A stretch of 64,000 nt of DNA from Eledone cirrhosa (Eukaryota): NCBI GenBank assembly GCA_964016885.1, contig OZ024741.1, forward strand, positions 406,596,001 to 406,660,000, written 5' to 3'. Of the stretch, positions 59,701-64,000 are shown piece by piece. The first letter of the stretch is position 1. Every line of letters starts with the position of its first letter. The translations under genes and the position numbers were made by a program. Under the pieces are notes generated by a model. That model saw only the letters and a program-made list of their open reading frames with translations, did not search any database and was not told where the DNA came from.

Positions 59701-61554
59701 GTGTGTGTGTTGTCTGTTGGCTGTGTGTGTGTTGTCTGTTGGCTGTGTGTGTGTTGTCTGTTGGCTGTGTGTGTGTTGTCTGTTGGCTGTGTGTGTTGTC
59801 TGTTGGCTGTGTGTGTGTTGTCTGTTGGCTGTGTGTGTGTTGTCTGTTGGCTGTGTGTGTGTTGTCTGTTGGCTGTGTGTGTGTTGTCTGTTGGCTGTGT
59901 GTGTGTTGTCTGTTGGCTGTGTGTGTGTTGTCTGTTGGCTGTGTGTGTTGTCTGTTGGCTGTGTGTGTGTTGTCTGTTGGCTGTGTGTGTGTTGTCTGTT
60001 GGCTGTGTGTGTGTTGTCTGTTGGCTGTGTGTGTGTTGTCTGTTGGCTGTGTGTGTGTTGTCTGTTGGCTGTGTGTGTGTTGTCTGTTGGCTGTGTGTGT
60101 GTTGTCTGTTGGCTGTGTGTGTGTTGTCTGTTGGCTGTATGTGTGTTGTCTGTTGGCTGTGTGTGTGTTGTCTGTTGGCTGTATGTGTGTTGTCTGTTGG
60201 CTGTATGTGTGTTGTCTGTTGGCTGTATGTGTGTTGTCTGTTGGCTGTGTGTGTGTTGTCTGTTGGCTGTATGTGTGTTGTCTGTTGGCTGTATCTGTGT
60301 TGTCTGTTGGCTGTATGTGTGTTGTCTGTTGGCTGTGTGTGTTGTCTGTTGGCTGTGTGTGTGTTGTCTGTTGGCTGTATGTGTGTTGTCTGTTGGCTGT
60401 ATGTGTTGTCTGTTGGCTGTGTGTGTGTTGTCTGTTGGCTGTATGTGTTGTCTGTTGGCTGTGTGTGTGTTGTCTGTTGGCTGTATGTGTGTTGTCTGTT
60501 GGCTGTATGTGTTGTCTGTTGGCTGTGTGTGTGTTGTCTGTTGGCTGTATGTGTGTTGTCTGTTGGCTGTATGTGTTGTCTGTTGGCTGTGTGTGTGTTG
60601 TCTGTTGGCTGTATGTGTTGTCTGTTGGCTGTGTCTGTGTTGTCTGTTGGCTGTGTGTGTGTTGTCTGTTGGCTGTATGTGTGTTGTCTGTTGGCTGTGT
60701 GTGTGTTGTCTGTTGGCTGTATGTGTGTTGTCTGTTGGCTGTGTGTGTGTTGTCTGTTGGCTGTTGTGTTGTCTGTTGGCTGTATGTGTTGTCTGTTGGC
60801 TGTGTGTGTGTTGTCTGTTGGCTGTGTGTTGTCTGTTGGCTGTATGTGTGTTGTCTGTTGGCTGTATGTGTTGTCTGTTGGCTGTGTGTGTGTTGTCTGT
60901 TGGCTGTGTGTGTGTTGTCTGTTGGCTGTATGTGTGTTGTCTGTTGGCTGTGTGTGTGTTGTCTGTTGGCTGTATGTGTGTTGTCTGTTGGCTGTGTGTG
61001 TGTTGTCTGTTGGCTGTATGTGTTGTCTGTTGGCTGTGTGTGTGTTGTCTGTTGGCTGTGTGTTGTCTGTTGGCTGTATGTGTGTTGTCTGTTGGCTGTA
61101 TGTGTTGTCTGTTGGCTGTGTGTGTGTTGTCTGTTGGCTGTGTGTGTGTTGTCTGTTGGCTGTATGTGTGTTGTCTGTTGGCTGTGTGTGTGTTGTCTGT
61201 TGGCTGTATGTGTGTTGTCTGTTGGCTGTGTGTGTGTTGTCTGTTGGCTGTATGTGTTGTCTGTTGGCTGTGTGTGTGTTGTCTGTTGGCTGTGTGTTGT
61301 CTGTTGGCTGTATGTGTGTTGTCTGTTGGCTGTATGTGTGTTGTCTGTTGGCTGTGTGTGTGTTCGTGTTCAAAAGGCTAAAAGAAGTAACAATATATAT
61401 TCCCAGCTGTTGTGTATAAAGACCAGGTGGTTTTATAGGTTTTTAGTACTATAAGAATGATGTCTGCTACCTGGGATCTTTAACCAAACTAATAAATGTA
61501 ATTAATTCAATATGATTTGAACAAATAACTCTGATCTTCTGAAACATATTCAGG

Positions 61555-62343
61555 TCTATATCTATGTCTATGTCTATATCTATATCTATGTCTATATCTA
61601 TGTCTATATCTATATCTATATCTATATCTATGTCTATATCTATATCTATGTCTATGTCTATATCTATATCTATGTCTATATCTATGTCTATATCTATGTC
61701 TATATCTATATCTATATCTATATCTATGTCTATATCTATATCTATGTCTATGTCTATATCTATATCCATGTCTATATCTATATCCATGTCTATATCTATG
61801 TCTATGTCTATGTCTATATCTATATCTATATCTATATCTATATCTATATCTATGTCTATATCTATGTCTATATCTATATCTATGTCTATATCTATATCTA
61901 TATATATATCTATGTCTATATCTATATCTATGTCTATATCTATGTCTATATCTATATCTATATCTATGTCTATATCTATATCTATGTCTATATCTATGTC
62001 TATATCTATATCTATATCTATATCTATGTCTATATCTATATCTATATCTATGTCTATATCTATGTCTATATCTATATCTATATCTATATCTATGTCTATA
62101 TCTATGTCTATATCTATATCTATGTCTATATCTATGTCTATATCTATATCTATATCTATATCTATGTCTATATCTATGTCTATATCTATATCTATATCTA
62201 TATCTATGTCTATATCTATGTCTATATCTATGTCTATATCTATGTCTATATCTATATCTATGTCTATATCTATGTCTATATCTATGTCTATATCTATATC
62301 TATGTCTATATCTATATCTATATCTATGTCTATATCTATATCT
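61555..62343. repeat. (TCTATA/TCTATG)n hexamer array, about 130 units
   Basis: Read directly; two interspersed unit types with rare TCCATG variants. Confidence 0.98.
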
Positions 62344-63482
62344 GGGCGGAGGTTACGAACAGGGTGTTTACACTGACCCAGAAGTGGGCCAGTTGCAAAC
62401 TATCCCTGAAAGGTTGGGCGGAGGTGGCGAACACCTATATAGCGTCCGTCATCTACTACCGCCTGACCGTAGTGCCCTGCCCAAGGGAAACCCTCACCAA
62501 GATGGAGCGCGCGCTCTTCCAATTCCTTTGGAAGAGGCGGGCGCCTATGGTGAGGAGATCCATCTGCTGTCAACACCCTTCGAAAGGAGGGCTGGGGATG
62601 CCGTGGCTAATGATGCGTAAACACGCATTAAGGCTACGGCACCTCTACGTATTCCTCACCGGTCAACCGGTGTGGGCCTCGTTTGTGAGACGAACCTTTC
62701 CCAGACTCGTCTCACTCACCGAGCTGCAATCCTGGGTCAAGCAAAGACCGAGAAAACTGGGCGCCTGGCACACTGAGTGTGCCCAGGCGCTCACCGCCCT
62801 CTGGCAGGCGGATCCGGTTATCAGTGGAGACTCCACCGCAACATTCTATAGAGGGCTGGTACGCAGCAGGTGCGACGACGCCCTCGGAGAAGCCCTAGAC
62901 ATGGAGGAGGACGAACTGGCCAGCCTGTTCGGTAGGACATTCAGCCCGGGACCTATGGACAACTTCCAGAAGTCCCTGGCCTGGCAGTGCTACCGAGGGG
63001 CTCTGCCCGTTCGAGAAAAGCTCTACAGACACGGGCGCCCGGGTAGGGACCCCGCCAAAAAGATCTGTTCCAGATGCGTGTGCGACGAGGAAACCGTTGC
63101 ACACGCATTGGTACACTGCTCGGGCGTAGCCGATCTGTGGGGCTATGTCGAACAACTGCTGTCAATGGCGGGACCGATCCGGTTGACCACTGAGTCTATT
63201 GTAATGATCAAGCCGCCTCCCCCCTTCAAAGATGAAGGGGAGGCGGTGTTTCTGTGCGTAATAGCCATGGCGAAAGAGGTTGTATGTTGGACGCGTCTGA
63301 AAGGACTGAGGTCAGGCACCTTTCTCTCTGGCCAACAACTGGTCCGTTTCTTCCGATATCATTTCGGAAGAAGGATCAGGATGGAGAGAGAGGTGCTCCA
63401 CCCCAGTCGTTTTTATGAAAGGTGGGTGAAAGTGGCGAGAATGGCCCGTGTGAATGGGCCTTCTCTTTACATCAGACTATAG
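62343..63482 (+). pseudogene. C-terminal ~380 aa of a Tx1/L1-type ORF2 (post-RT region plus zf-RVT-type zinc finger); no endonuclease or RT core
   Basis: The frame is open from the junction: [15 protein letters not shown]...LSLKG(W)AEVAN...FQFLWK...[10 protein letters not shown]...[14 protein letters not shown]...CSRC-x8-H-x4-C (63066-63119). The listed start at 62364 is an internal GTG. Confidence 0.9.
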
Positions 63483-63733
63483 GTGAGGAAGATGAAAGAC
63501 CAAGGGAGCACCCCTTCTCTGTGCACCTGAGGAAAAGGGTTGCACACTTTTTTCGGGGGTGTGTGCGACCCCCCAAGGCGCCTCCTCTCTATTGAGGATT
63601 TTGTTATAAATTTTATTTTTTGTTATATTTTATTTTATTTTTATACATTGTTATTGCCTCCTCCTTATTGAGGACGCCTTGTTGTGTAAACTCCCCCCTT
63701 TGTACTTGTCCCACTTTTGATGCCCTGGTGGCA

Positions 63734-63739
63734 AATAAA
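63734..63739 (+). promoter_or_regulatory. Polyadenylation-like signal AATAAA at the element 3' end
   Basis: gcAAATAAAAgaaac followed directly by the hexamer array. Confidence 0.6.
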
Positions 63740-63745
63740 AGAAAC

Positions 63746-63926
63746 ATATCTATGTCTATATCTATATCTATCCCTATGTCTATATCTATATCTATATCTA
63801 TGTGTATATCTATGTCTATATCTATATCTATGTCTATATCTATATCTATATCTATGTCTATATCTATATCTATATCTATGTCTATATCTATATCTATGTC
63901 TATATCTATATCTATGTCTATATCTA
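63746..63926. repeat. Second (TCTATA/TCTATG)n array, about 30 units
   Basis: Read directly; same two unit types as 61555-62343. Confidence 0.97.
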
Positions 63927-63931
63927 CCAAC

Positions 63932-64000
63932 ATGGCTGTGCTAAGAGTAGGGTGTCTAAATGCGCGTGGCCTGGGCTCGTCTTGGAAGCAAGCAATGCTT
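63932..64000 (+). CDS. N-terminus of an APE-type endonuclease ORF of a Tx1/L1-like retrotransposon, running off the window edge
   Basis: ccaacATGG context; translates [23 protein letters not shown], matching the (L/I)xxxxxN(V/A)xGL motif I of LINE APE domains. Too short to appear in the ORF track. Confidence 0.78.
   Translation, partial: MAVLRVGCLNARGLGSSWKQAML

Larger units (their letters stand above)
2270..61364. repeat. About 59-kb tandem minisatellite, 22-bp consensus TTGTCTGTTGGCTGTGTGTGTG (roughly 2,700-2,800 units), with 20-, 24- and 15-bp length variants
   Basis: Continuous single-orientation array. Common variants are GTATGT, CTATAT, TTATCT, TTGACT and TTGGGT. Degenerate units occur at 2270-2405. 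The right edge is sharp at ...gtgtgtt|cgtgttcaaaagg. Confidence 0.99.
62343..63745 (+). mobile_element. 5'-truncated Tx1/L1-clade non-LTR retrotransposon
   Basis: GC-rich insert between hexamer arrays. It encodes the post-RT region and a CCHC finger, has a ~260-bp 3' UTR with a T-rich tract, and has AATAAA at 63734-63739 just before the array resumes. Confidence 0.9.

Noticed and set aside
2407-61364. CRISPR-like reading (constant 14-bp core plus variable spacer) or an information-encoding array
   Set aside because: The spacers are only (GT)3-5 with point variants, not unique sequences. There are no cas genes, the context is eukaryotic, and the variant order is explained by duplications.
2407-61364. 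Telomerase-made long-unit telomeric array
   Set aside because: It is G/T-skewed but internal, flanked by non-repeat DNA on both sides, lacks GGG runs, and shows kb-scale duplications typical of recombination.
7777-61373. Thr/His/Gln-rich mucin-like ORFs on the - strand (e.g. 55335..61373)
   Set aside because: These are the reverse complement of the same satellite. Starts come from rare variants or the array edge, with no signal peptide, unique domain or frame preservation.
2226-61454. Giant Cys/Val/Leu-rich ORFs (up to 5305 aa) on the + strand
   Set aside because: The strand is almost A-free, so stops cannot form. All three frames give the same 22-aa cycle because 22 is not a multiple of 3, and the 2-bp slippage variants do not preserve frame.
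61467-62376. DI-repeat and SI/SM-repeat ORFs (also 63613..63933 and 63717..63944)
   Set aside because: These are translations of the (TCTATR)n microsatellite.
62384-63165. Alternative-frame and antisense ORFs inside the retrotransposon
   Set aside because: These are short shadow ORFs expected in GC-rich coding DNA and carry no motifs.
62364-63482. Intact stand-alone 372-aa gene
   Set aside because: The start is an internal GTG. Homology continues upstream to the microsatellite junction and the RT and endonuclease domains are missing, so it is a truncated ORF2.

Overview
Eukaryotic (animal-like, repeat-rich) genomic DNA with no supportable host protein-coding gene. It has three zones. (1) Bases 1-2250 are a mosaic of (TG)n/(TA)n/(CA)n microsatellites and Penelope-like retroelement (PLE) debris: a GIY-YIG-type C-terminal fragment on the minus strand, inverted pLTR-like copies, a spacerless 122-bp palindrome, and three hammerhead-ribozyme motifs plus two half-motifs. 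(2) Bases ~2270-61364 are one ~59-kb, G/T-skewed 22-bp minisatellite (TTGTCTG-TTGGCTG-TGTGTGTG) with nested higher-order duplications (234, ~800, 912, ~2160, 3040 and 7004 bp). All giant ORFs in the track are artefacts of this repeat. (3) Bases 61555-64000 hold two (TCTATR)n hexamer arrays. Between them lies a 5'-truncated Tx1/L1-clade non-LTR retrotransposon (post-RT region, CCHC zinc finger, structured 3' UTR). After the second array, an APE-endonuclease ORF ([14 protein letters not shown]...) starts 5 nt later. This suggests a retrotransposon that targets or generates (TCTATR)n and accumulates head-to-tail. All alignments and folds were done by eye; no database searches were run.
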